DNA of 64,000 bases, taken from NCBI GenBank assembly GCA_963776345.1, contig CAVZMH010000020.1, positions 32,001-96,000 on the forward strand. Direction: 5' to 3'. The position numbers and the translations under genes are program-made. Source of the DNA: an uncultured delta proteobacterium (lineage in GTDB: Bacteria; Myxococcota; Myxococcia; Myxococcales; Myxococcaceae). Under the pieces are notes generated by a model. The model had not been told where the DNA came from. It searched no databases and saw only the letters and a list, made by a program, of their open reading frames with translations. Every line of letters begins with the position of its first letter. The stretch's first letter is position 1. Shown in pieces: positions 1-10,100 of the stretch.

Positions 1-460
1 ACAGCGCCGTCGCCTCGCCCTCGACGTCCGGGTTGGTGGCGACGATGACCTCCTCCGCCTTGCCGTCCTCCAGCCGGACGAGGAGCTCCTGGATGCGCAG
101 CTGCTCCGGGCCGATGCCCTCCAGCGGGGAGAGCACGCCGTGCAGCACGTGGTAGCGGCCCTTGAACTCGCGGGTCTTCTCCAGGGCCATGAGGTCGGCG
201 ATGCCCTCGACGACGCAGAGCAGGCGGTCGTCGCGCCGCGGGTCGGTGCAGAAGCCGCAGAGCTGCCCCTCGGTCAGCGCGAAGCAGCGGCTGCAGAGCC
301 GGACCTTGCTCTTCACCTCCTGGAGCGCGTTGACCAGCTCGGCGGCGTACTCGGGTGGCGCGCGGAGGATGTGGAAGGCGAGCCGCTGGGCGGTCTTCTC
401 CCCGATGCCGGGGAGCTTCGAGAGCTGGGCGACGAGGCGGTTGAGGGGGTCCGGCGTCAT
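1..460 (-). CDS. recR: Recombination mediator RecR (3' end runs off the window)
   Basis: Manual translation MTPDPLNRLVAQLSKLPGIGEKTAQRLAFHIL...CSRCF...CGFC...YHVLHGVLSPLEGIGP...ATNPDVEGEATA shows HhH, C4 zinc finger and Toprim motifs. ATGA overlap with ybaB. Confidence 0.96.
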   Translation of the reverse strand, partial: MTPDPLNRLVAQLSKLPGIGEKTAQRLAFHILRAPPEYAAELVNALQEVKSKVRLCSRCFALTEGQLCGFCTDPRRDDRLLCVVEGIADLMALEKTREFKGRYHVLHGVLSPLEGIGPEQLRIQELLVRLEDGKAEEVIVATNPDVEGEATAL

Positions 461-777
461 CCGGTGATTCCGGGGATCTTCAGGCCGCCGGAGACCTTCC
501 CCAGCTCACGCTCGGCGAGCTCGCGGGCCTGGGTGAGGGCGGCGTTGACCGCGGCGGCGATGAGGTCCTCCATCATCGCCACGTCGCCAGCGGCGAGGAC
601 CTCCGGGGAGATCTTGATCGAGCGGACGTCACCCCCGCCGGTGGCGACGACCTTGACCCGGCCGTCGCCGGCCTGGCCCTCGACGGTCTCCTCGGCCAGC
701 TCCTTCTTCCGCTGCTCGAGCTTCTCGGTCAGCTTGCTGGCCTGGCGCATGAAGTAGTTGAGGTCGACTCCGGGCAT
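457..777 (-). CDS. ybaB: YbaB/EbfC nucleoid-associated protein
   Basis: 106 aa, EG.AG.G.VKV...MEDLIAAAVNAA motif; canonical dnaX-ybaB-recR order. Confidence 0.95.
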   Translation of the reverse strand: MPGVDLNYFMRQASKLTEKLEQRKKELAEETVEGQAGDGRVKVVATGGGDVRSIKISPEVLAAGDVAMMEDLIAAAVNAALTQARELAERELGKVSGGLKIPGITG

Positions 778-797
778 GGCGTGCTCCCGAGGATGGT

Positions 798-1748
798 TCA
801 GGGCTGCTCGTCGATGACGTCGCTGCCGGGGGCTCCGGTGCGCTCGTGCTCCAGGACCTGGATGTGCTCCAGCTCGCCCCCGAGGATGCGCAGGGTGGCG
901 AGGATGGCCGGGTGGTTGCGGACCGACTGCCCGGTGGCGCGCTCGTGCTCGGCGCGGGCCTCGGCGTCCAGCTCGGCGATGGTCTTGCCGCCGGCGGCCG
1001 CGCCCGGGCTCTCGTCGACCAGGAGGCGGGTGGGTCGGCCGAAGTGAAGCGAGAGGAGGCGCTCGACCACGGGACGTCCGCTCTGCCCGCTGACGGTGGT
1101 GCGGTGGAAGCTGGCGTCGCCGCGGAAGGCGATGCCCACCTCGCCCTCGCGGAGGTGGAGGAGCCGGGCCTGCTTCAGGCTGGCCGAGTGCCGGGGCGAC
1201 TCGGTGGCAACGGTGTCCAGCGCCGCACGCCAGCGTTCGAGGAGCGGACGCGACGGGTCGTCACGTCCGCGCGCCGGGGTGGCGGCCCCGGGCAGGCACT
1301 CGCCGGTGGCGCATCCACCGGGGCTGGTGTCGACCACCAGCGGGGCATCCGACCCCTTCCGGCTCGGTGCGTCCGGGGCGGCCGCCGACGCCGTCGACGG
1401 GCCGCGAGCTCGAGCTGGCTCGTCGTTCGACCCGTTCGCCGGAGCCGCACGGGAGGGCGTTGCGCTCACGCTGGCCTGGACCTGGGCCGGTGCGCTTGCC
1501 GCCGCGGCGGGAGTGAGCGGTCGCGACGATGCGCCCGCTGCGGGCGTGGGTGGTAGCTCGGAGGCGCGCCGGGGCGCGGCGGGCGTCTCGGCACGGGCAG
1601 CGGCGGGAGCACGTGCCGGCGGGGGCTCGGCGGCCTCGGCGCGCCGGGACGGAGTGGTGCCCTCGACGCTGCGGGCGGACGGAGCTCCGGTGGCGCGCAC
1701 CGCGCCGGCGGCGACGGGACCCGGGCGGGCTGGCGGCGGCTCAGCCGC
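798..1748 (-). CDS. dnaX: DnaX tau C-terminal part (Pro/Ala linker plus C-terminal domain), in the +1 frame relative to dnaX
   Basis: Open frame running from the end of dnaX to just before ybaB. Ends ...ERWRAAL...LKQARL...VGIAF...LSLHFGRPTRLLV...VRNHPAILATLRILGGEL, resembling tau C-termini. No convincing start of its own. Confidence 0.75.
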   Translation of the reverse strand, partial: AAEPPPARPGPVAAGAVRATGAPSARSVEGTTPSRRAEAAEPPPARAPAAARAETPAAPRRASELPPTPAAGASSRPLTPAAAASAPAQVQASVSATPSRAAPANGSNDEPARARGPSTASAAAPDAPSRKGSDAPLVVDTSPGGCATGECLPGAATPARGRDDPSRPLLERWRAALDTVATESPRHSASLKQARLLHLREGEVGIAFRGDASFHRTTVSGQSGRPVVERLLSLHFGRPTRLLVDESPGAAAGGKTIAELDAEARAEHERATGQSVRNHPAILATLRILGGELEHIQVLEHERTGAPGSDVIDEQP

Positions 1749-2958
1749 GAAAGGGCTGGGGAGCGGGACGACCTCCGGGCGTCCCGCCGGGCCGGGCGGC
1801 CGCGCGTGTCTCGGGCGCGGCGCCGGGGCCGAGGAGCTTCTCCACCCGGTTGAGCAGCTCGGGGATGGAGGCGGTGGGGGCGAGCTGGACGGCCTTGAGG
1901 AGGGCCATCTCCAGCGCGAGCCGGGGCTGGGCGGCGCGGCCCACGTCCCAGACCGAGCCGTGGACCACGTCGAAGAGGCGCGCGAGCTGGGCCGGGTCGG
2001 CCTCGCGGGCGAGCTCGACGACCATCTTCTGCTCCACCTCGGCCAGCTCGGCGGGCGGCTTGCCGGTGGCGCGGGTGACGAGCACGTGACGGAGCTCGAG
2101 GGCCAGCTCCTCGGCGAGGCGGCGCAGGTCGGCGCCGCGCATGAAGACGTCCTCGACGGACTCGAGGAGCGACCTGGCGTCGCGGCGGACGAGCGCGGCG
2201 GCCATCTGCTGCACGATGGTGCGGTCGATGGCCCCCAGTGCCTCGGCCACCGCGGCGTCGCTGGCGCCCGGGCCGCAGGCGGACATCACCTGATCGAGGA
2301 GGGAGAGGGCGTCGCGCATCCCGCCCTCGGCCTGGCGGACGATGAGGGCCAGCGAGGCGTCGGACAGGCCGGCCTTCTCCTCGGAGGCGATCTGCTTCAG
2401 GCGGGCGAGCATCAGCTCGGCCGGGATGCGCCGGAAGTCGTGGCGCTGGCAGCGGGAGAGGATGGTGTCCGGGAGCTTGTGGGGCTCGGTGGTGGCGAAG
2501 ATGAACTTCACATGCCCCGGCGGCTCCTCGAGCGTCTTGAGCAGCGCGTTGAACGCCGCCCCGGAGAGCATGTGCACCTCGTCGATGATGTAGATCTTGT
2601 GCCGGTCGCGCTGGGGCAGGTACTTGGCGTTCTCGCGAATCTCCCGGACGTTCTCCACGCCGTTGTTGGAGGCGCCGTCGATCTCCGCGACGTCGACCGA
2701 GGTGCCGGCGGCGATCTCCATGCAGGGCTGGCACACCCCGCAGGGGGTCGGGGTGGGGCCGTGGACGCAGTTGAGGGCCTTGGCGAGGAGGCGAGCGGCG
2801 GTGGTCTTGCCGACGCCGCGCGGGCCGCAGAAGAGGTAGGCGTGGGCGACCCGGTCCAGCTTGATGGCGTTGGCCACCGTCCGGACCACGTGCTCCTGGC
2901 CGGTCATGTCGTCGAACGTCTGGGGGCGCCACTTCCGCGCCAGCACGAGGTAGCCCAT
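1741..2958 (-). CDS. dnaX: DNA polymerase III subunit gamma/tau, AAA+ clamp-loader part (405 aa)
   Basis: MGYLVLARKWRPQTF, Walker A GPRGVGKT, zinc-binding Cys cluster, DEVH, SRC motif. Confidence 0.97.
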   Translation of the reverse strand: MGYLVLARKWRPQTFDDMTGQEHVVRTVANAIKLDRVAHAYLFCGPRGVGKTTAARLLAKALNCVHGPTPTPCGVCQPCMEIAAGTSVDVAEIDGASNNGVENVREIRENAKYLPQRDRHKIYIIDEVHMLSGAAFNALLKTLEEPPGHVKFIFATTEPHKLPDTILSRCQRHDFRRIPAELMLARLKQIASEEKAGLSDASLALIVRQAEGGMRDALSLLDQVMSACGPGASDAAVAEALGAIDRTIVQQMAAALVRRDARSLLESVEDVFMRGADLRRLAEELALELRHVLVTRATGKPPAELAEVEQKMVVELAREADPAQLARLFDVVHGSVWDVGRAAQPRLALEMALLKAVQLAPTASIPELLNRVEKLLGPGAAPETRAAARPGGTPGGRPAPQPFRG

Positions 2959-3014
2959 AGGGAGCGCGCCAATGTAACAGCGCAGGTCTCCCCGTCTACA
3001 CTGGCCAGCCGAGC

Positions 3015-4460
3015 GTGACCGACGCCGACGCTGCACCGTTCTCACCCGGGCGGGCCGAGCTCGCCCAGCTGCCGGCCGGAGGCGCGCTGGGGGCATCCCG
3101 GTGGCGCCGCTGGGCGACTCCCGAGCGCTGGGCGGTGGTGCTGGCGCTGGTGCCGGCGGTCAGCGCGGTGGCGGTGCTCGGCCGCCTGCACCCGGACGAG
3201 GTGTACCAGTTCCTCGAGCCGGCCTACGTGCGGGCGCACGGCTACGGGGTGCTCGCCTGGGAGTGGCAGCAGGGGCTCCGGAACTGGGCGGTGCCGCTGG
3301 CGCTGGCGGCGGTGCTCCGGATGGGCGGCTGGCTCGGGCTGACCGACCCCTGGGTGGCGCGGGGGCTCCTGGCGATTCCACTCTGGACGCTCCAGGCGTG
3401 CGGGCTGGTCGCGGCGGTGCGTCTCGGCCGTGGCCGCGCAGGCGCGCTGGGCGGCTGGGCCGCGGCGTTCGCGCTCGGGTGTCTGCCGCTGTTCGTGGTG
3501 GTCGCCGGCCGGACGCTGGGTGAGGCGCTCTCGGCGGCGCTGCTGCTGGTCGCGGCCGAGGCGCTCTCACGCGACGAGCGCCCGCGCGGGAGCGGGCTCC
3601 TGGGCGGCGCCGCGCTCGGCCTGGCGTTCGTGGTCCGCTACGGCTCGTTGCCGGCGATGGCGGCGGCGCTGGCCTGGGTGGCGGCGCGGCGCCGGTGGGG
3701 GTTGCTCGGATGGACCGCGGTCGGCCTGGGCATCGTCCTGCTCGCCCTGGGCGCGCTGGACTGGGCGAGCTGGGGCACGCCGTGGCACTCGGTGGGCCGG
3801 TGGTTCGCCTTCAACGTGGGGAGCGCCGGGGCCGCGCGGACGTTCGGCGCGGAGCCGCCGGGCTACTACTGGCACTTCCTCTGGAGGCAGGTGCCGCTCT
3901 GGGTGTGGCCGGCGCTGGTGCTCGGCGTGCGCTGGCTGCGGCCGCGGCTGGGCGTGGCGGGAGCGATGGCCGGGGTGATGCTCCTCGCGCTGCTCCGCAC
4001 GGCGCACAAGGAGGAACGCTTCCTGTACCCGGTGGTGGTGCTCCTCGTCGCCGAGGCGGCGCCGGCCCTGGGCGCGCTGCTCGCGCGGCTGAAGGCGAGG
4101 TGGCAGCAGGGCACGGTGGCCGTGCTCGCGCTGGCGTCGACCGTCGTGGCCGCGCGGCCGTCGATGGACCTGCGCGGGGATCAGTTCCGGGCCATCGTGA
4201 AGGCGACGCGGCCGGCGGACGTGACCGGGCTGCTCATCGTGAACGAGGGGCTGTGGGGGTCGGGGGGCTTCTTCTACGTGGGGAAGCACATCCCCTGGCT
4301 GACCTGCGACTGGCCGCGGGACGGGGCGTTCCAGGCGGCGATGCGCGACTCGCGCTTCAACCGGGTGGTGACGTTCGAGGACCGCGCGCTGGCGGAGCTG
4401 CAGGGGGCGGGCTTCCGGGTGCTCGGCCGCGAGGGACGGGAGACGATCCTCGGGCGCTGA
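3015..4460 (+). CDS. Multi-TM GT-C glycosyltransferase, Alg9/PIG-B-like mannosyltransferase (GT22)
   Basis: HPDEVYQFLEPA, WEW..GLR and HKEERFLYP motifs typical of Alg9/PIG-B; many hydrophobic segments. Confidence 0.8.
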   Translation: MTDADAAPFSPGRAELAQLPAGGALGASRWRRWATPERWAVVLALVPAVSAVAVLGRLHPDEVYQFLEPAYVRAHGYGVLAWEWQQGLRNWAVPLALAAVLRMGGWLGLTDPWVARGLLAIPLWTLQACGLVAAVRLGRGRAGALGGWAAAFALGCLPLFVVVAGRTLGEALSAALLLVAAEALSRDERPRGSGLLGGAALGLAFVVRYGSLPAMAAALAWVAARRRWGLLGWTAVGLGIVLLALGALDWASWGTPWHSVGRWFAFNVGSAGAARTFGAEPPGYYWHFLWRQVPLWVWPALVLGVRWLRPRLGVAGAMAGVMLLALLRTAHKEERFLYPVVVLLVAEAAPALGALLARLKARWQQGTVAVLALASTVVAARPSMDLRGDQFRAIVKATRPADVTGLLIVNEGLWGSGGFFYVGKHIPWLTCDWPRDGAFQAAMRDSRFNRVVTFEDRALAELQGAGFRVLGREGRETILGR

Positions 4461-4476
4461 TTCCGCTGTCCGTCCA

Positions 4477-4504
4477 CACCTCCGGGGGAGAACCCCCGGA
4501 GGTG
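4477..4504. terminator. Perfect 12-bp GC-rich hairpin between the convergent GT22 gene and ffs
   Basis: CACCTCCGGGGG-AGAA-CCCCCGGAGGTG; no long U tract. Confidence 0.5.
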
Positions 4505-4521
4505 CGAACGAACCGACGAAG

Positions 4522-4615
4522 AGGAACGGCCGGGACACACGCGAAGGTGCGCTACCGTTGCTTCCTTCCGGACCTGGCGGGGTTCACGTCCCCGCGTCGT
4601 CCCGACCACAAGCTG
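4522..4615 (-). ncRNA. ffs: Signal recognition particle RNA (small type); ends approximate
   Basis: Minus strand carries GTGAACCCCGCCAGGTCCGGAAGGAAGCAACGGTAG (SRP domain IV) enclosed by GGTCGGGAC/GTCCCGGCC pairing. Confidence 0.92.
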
Positions 4616-4637
4616 TTGCTCCAGAGCTCTCTAGCAG

Positions 4638-4724
4638 CGGAGAGGGTGGGATTCGAACCCACGATACCCTTTCAGATATGCACGCGTTCCAGGCGTGTGC
4701 CTTCAACCGCTCGGCCACCTCTCC
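4638..4724 (-). tRNA. tRNA-Ser(GGA)
   Basis: GGAGAGG acceptor, anticodon arm CACGC-CTGGAAC-GCGTG, long variable arm, GTTCGAATC. Confidence 0.96.
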
Positions 4725-4731
4725 AGCCTTG

Positions 4732-4818
4732 CGGAGAGCGTAGGATTCGAACCTACGGTACCGTTGCCGGTACGCCTGATTTCGAGTCAGGTGCCTTCGA
4801 CCACTCGGCCAGCTCTCC
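4732..4818 (-). tRNA. tRNA-Ser(CGA)
   Basis: Anticodon arm CCTGA-CTCGAAA-TCAGG, long variable arm, T-loop GTTCGAATC. Confidence 0.96.
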
Positions 4819-4831
4819 AGCGATTCAGTTG

Positions 4832-5296
4832 TCAGTCTTCCGGGGTCGTCCGCAAGCCCTGGAAGAAACGGGTCAGTCGCGCCGCGCACTCGGCCTCCAG
4901 GACGCCCGAGCGCACCGTGAGCCGGTGATTGTGGGGCAAGGCGTTCAGGTCGAAGAGCCCTCCCAGCGCGCCCGCCTTGGGACTGGGAGCCCCGAAGACC
5001 ACCCGGTCCACCCGCGCCTGCAGTGCCGCGCCGACGCAGAGCGAGCACGGCTCCAGGGTGACGACCAGCGAGACCCCGCTCAGCCGCCACCGGTCCAGCC
5101 GCCGGGCAGCCTCGGACAGCGCCCGCATCTCGGCGTGGGCGAAGGGATCCCGGTCGGTCTCGCGGCGGTTGGACCCGCGTCCGACCACGGCGCCCTCGAA
5201 CACCGCCACCGCGCCGACCGGCACCTCGCCGAGCGCCCCGGCCTGGTCGGCGAGCTCGAGCGCCTCGCGCATGAAACGTTCGTCGGCGTCGTCCAT
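4832..5296 (-). CDS. tadA: tRNA adenosine(34) deaminase
   Basis: GEVPVGAV, HAE, TLEPCSLC, NH motifs. Confidence 0.93.
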   Translation of the reverse strand: MDDADERFMREALELADQAGALGEVPVGAVAVFEGAVVGRGSNRRETDRDPFAHAEMRALSEAARRLDRWRLSGVSLVVTLEPCSLCVGAALQARVDRVVFGAPSPKAGALGGLFDLNALPHNHRLTVRSGVLEAECAARLTRFFQGLRTTPED

Positions 5297-5313
5297 GGAG
5301 CGGAGCGGAAAAA

Positions 5314-5390
5314 TGGCGCGCCCTAGAGGATTTGAACCTCTGGCCTTCGGATTCGTAGTCCGACGCTCTATCCAACTGAGCTAAGGGCGC
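5314..5390 (-). tRNA. tRNA-Arg(ACG), CCA encoded
   Basis: GCGCCCTTAGCTCAGTTGGATAGAGCG...TCGGA-CTACGAA-TCCGA...GTTCAAATC...GGGCGCGCCA. Confidence 0.97.
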
Positions 5391-5496
5391 GTGCGAAGTA
5401 CCCGCAGTTGCACCGTTTTCAAAGACCGAAACAGCGAGCGAGGCGTCCTATCCTCTCGTCTCCCACAGTGCAAGGAGCGCCAGGGACAGGGCGAAG

Positions 5497-5583
5497 CGGA
5501 GAGAGAGGGATTCGAACCCTCGATACCCTTTCGAGTATGCAGGTTTAGCAAACCTGTGCCTTCAGCCTCTCGGCCATCTCTCC
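5497..5583 (-). tRNA. tRNA-Ser(GCT)
   Basis: Anticodon arm CAGGT-TTGCTAA-ACCTG, long variable arm. Confidence 0.96.
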
Positions 5584-5613
5584 TCTCTAGAAGCGCTCAA
5601 AGAACAACGGCGA

Positions 5614-5700
5614 CGGAGGAAGTAGGATTCGAACCTACGAAGGGCGTGAACCCTTGGCGGTTTTCAAGACCGCTGCCTTCAGCCGCTCGGCCATTCCTCC
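5614..5700 (-). tRNA. tRNA-Ser(TGA)
   Basis: Anticodon arm GCGGT-CTTGAAA-ACCGC, long variable arm. Confidence 0.96.
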
Positions 5701-5795
5701 CGGGGGTGAGCCCACTGCAGGCGACCCTTCCCGGGCCAAAAAGGGCCGCCTTCATACTCGATTCGCCCCCCGTTGCAACCCAGGGGGGGCGGACG

Positions 5796-7100
<1,305 letters not shown>

Positions 7101-10100
7101 CTACTTGGACAGGTAGTAGATCTCGTCCTCGATGTCCTTCTTGTCCTTCGCGTCCGGCGTCTTGGCCAGGTAGTTCTGGAAGGCGTTCACCGCCTCGCGC
7201 TTCTTGCCGCGCTCCTTCAAGGCGTAGCCGAGGTGGTACCAGGCCTGGGCGTTGTCCGGGCTGGCCGAGAGGGCCTTCTGGTAGAAGGCGATGGCCTTGT
7301 CGTACTGGCCCATCTCGCTGTGGGCCCGGCCGAGCCGGTAGTAGAGCCCGGTGATGCTCGGGTCGGTCTTCAGCGCGGCCTGATAGCTGGCGACGGCCTG
7401 GGTCCACTTTCCCGCCTGGAAGTGCGCGTCGCCGATGCTCCCCAGCACCCGGGCCCGCCCCGGGTCGGCCTTGAGCGCCGCCTCGAAGGCCGCGATGGCG
7501 TCCTTGTAGCGGCCGGCCTCGAGGTAGGCCTGGCCCATCGCCTCCCAGGCGTCGGCGTAACCGGGGTCGAGCTTCACCGCCTGCCGCCACGCCTCGATCG
7601 CCTCGGGCACCTTCCCCGAGCCGCGGAGGATCTGCCCCAGCTCGTGGTGGTACGCGGCGCGGGTGGGCGCCCGGTCGAGCGCGGCGCGGATGGACTCCAG
7701 CGCCAGGCTCCAGTCGGCCTTCTTGTCGTGCACCCGGGCCATCCAGAAGTTCGCCTCGGGGTTGCCGGGCTCGGTCCGCAGCACGCCCGAGAGGAGCGTG
7801 GCCGCGGTGTCGGTGTCGCCCTGCTCGAAGCGCACCGCCGCCAGCGCCACCTCGAGCTTGCTGTTGGGCCCGGCGCTCCGGGCGGCCTCGAGCTCCTTGG
7901 CCGCCCCGTCCAGCTCACCGAGCTTCCAAAGCGCCAGGCCGTGGACGAAGTGGCCGTCCGCCACGTCGGGGTCGAGCGAGAGCGCCTTCTCGGCGTGGGC
8001 CCGCGCCTCCTTCCACGACCTGCGCTCCAGCGCCAGGCGCGCCCGCGCCACCCAGGCGTCGGGCATCTCGGGAGCGAGGCTGGTGGCGCGCTCGAACTCG
8101 GTCTGGGCGCTGGCCAGCTCGCCGGTGGCCAGGGCGAGGTCCCCGAGCCCCAGCCGGAGCCGCGCGTCCTGCGGCCGCTTCTCGGTGACCACGGTGAGCG
8201 CCGCGCGCGCATCGTCTGTCCGCCGCTGCCGGAGGTAGAGCCGCGCGAGCCCCAGCGCCGCGTCCAGGTCCGCCGGGTCGAGCTTGCTCGCTGCCTTGTA
8301 GCTGTCCTCGGCGTCGGTGATCCGGTCGAGCAGCTCCTGCGCCCGGGCCACCACCAGGGCCGTCGGCTCGTCCTTGGGGAAGGCCGAGCGGGCCTTCGCC
8401 GCCGCGGCGAGCGCCTCCTCCGACTTCTTGAGCGCGGCCAGCGACTGGACCTGTCCGGAGGCCCACACCGGATTCTCGGGCTCGCCGGCGACTGCCGCCT
8501 CCCACAGGGGGAGCGCCTTCTCGTCCTGCTTCAGCGCCGCGTACGCCCGGGCCAGGGTGCCCTTGGCGAACACCGAGCTCGGGTCCGCCTTCACCGCCTC
8601 CTCGAGACCGGCCACCGCATCCGCGGGCTTGCCGAGCTGGAGCATCGCCGCGCCGCGGAGCGCGAGGCCCCGGGCCCGCTCGGGGCGAGCGAGCGCCCCG
8701 GCGTCGGCGAGCGCTGGCTCGAGCGCCTTCAGGGTGGCCTGCGCCTCCTTCCGGCCGAGCGCCAGCTGGGCGAGCTCGAGCGCCGAGGACAGGTGCTGCG
8801 GGGCGACCTTGAGCGCGGCCTCGAAGTCAGCCTGGGCCTTGTCCGGCTTCTTCAGCTTCAGATGAAGGAGCCCCAGCGCGTGCCAGCCCGCCCCGGACGG
8901 CGCGTTCTTCACCGAGGTGTCGAGCACCTGGGCGGCCTCGCCGGCCTGGCCCTGCTGGAGGAGCGCCTCGGCCTCGAGCAGCGGGCCGTCGGGGTCCAGC
9001 TTGGCCGAGCGGATGAGCGCGAGCGCGGCGTCGGGCTGCCTGCCGAGGAGCGCCTGGCCGATCTCGGCCCTCAGCCGCTCGGGGTTGCCGCGGGGCAGGA
9101 CCTTGAGGTCCTCGAGCGCGGCCCCCGCCTGGGCGACCAGCGCCGGGTCGGCGGTTCCCCAGCGGCGCTGCTCGAGGAAGACGGACTGCGCCCAGACGGC
9201 GCGCACCTCGGGGTAGGCGCGGCGGGCGAGCAGGCCCTCCAGCGCGGCCCGCCCCTTCCTGAGCCCGGGCCAGGTGTCCTCGGCCAGCGCGGCGCGCGCC
9301 TCGGCGAAGCTCTTGCCCTCGGCCGAGCTGGCCGAGACGTGGGCCGGGAACAACCAGCGGAGCCCGAACGCGCCGTACTGGGTGAAGCCGAGGCTGGCCC
9401 CGGCGCCGATGAGCGCGAGCACCCCGAGCACCCCGGCGCCGGCCATCAGGAGCCGCTTCCGCCTGCGCGCCTGGGCGTCGCCGTCCACGACGCTGACCAC
9501 CGCCATCCGGCCGCCGTAGGCCTGGGCGAGCTGGTCGAGGTCGAGCCGGGGCGGCGGCGCGGGGGCGGCGGCGGGGCGCGGGGCGGGCGCCGACGCGGGC
9601 GCGGCCACCAGCCGCTGCATCGCCTGGGCGAAGGTGGGGACGGCGGCCATCCCGCTCCAGCCCTCGCCGTCGGTGGAGACCTCCTCGCTTCCGAGGAGCT
9701 GCCCATCCTCGAGCATCTTCACGATGACGCCCGGCTCGAAGGGGCCGAACACCTTCCCGCTCCTCCGGCGCACGTGGTACCGGGTGAGGCGTCCGGTGCG
9801 CGGGCGGATCTCCTTCGCCGCCTCGTCCAGGAAGCCCAGCACCTCGAGCCCGTCCTCCGCGGGGCGCACCGTGGCAGGCAGCGGCCTGGAGAGGTCGGCC
9901 TCCAGGTCCTCGGGCGCGGGCCGGCTGGGGTCGAACTCCAGCGGGTCCGACGGCGGGCCGCCCTCGAGCTCCTTGAGCGCGTGGGTCTTGGGCAGGTTGG
10001 AGAGGTCGAGCATCTCCGGCGCGGCCGGAGCGGGCTCGGTCCAGGTCACCTCGTCGCCGCCGGGCAGCGGATCGTCCGCGGGGATGGGGAGCGCGGTGGC

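Noticed and set aside
4638..5700. tRNA cluster as an integration site for an island or prophage
   Set aside because: No integrase and no duplicated tRNA 3' end seen in the window
5614..5700. Selenocysteine or suppressor tRNA
   Set aside because: The anticodon is TGA (reads UCA, Ser), not TCA; normal tRNA-Ser structure
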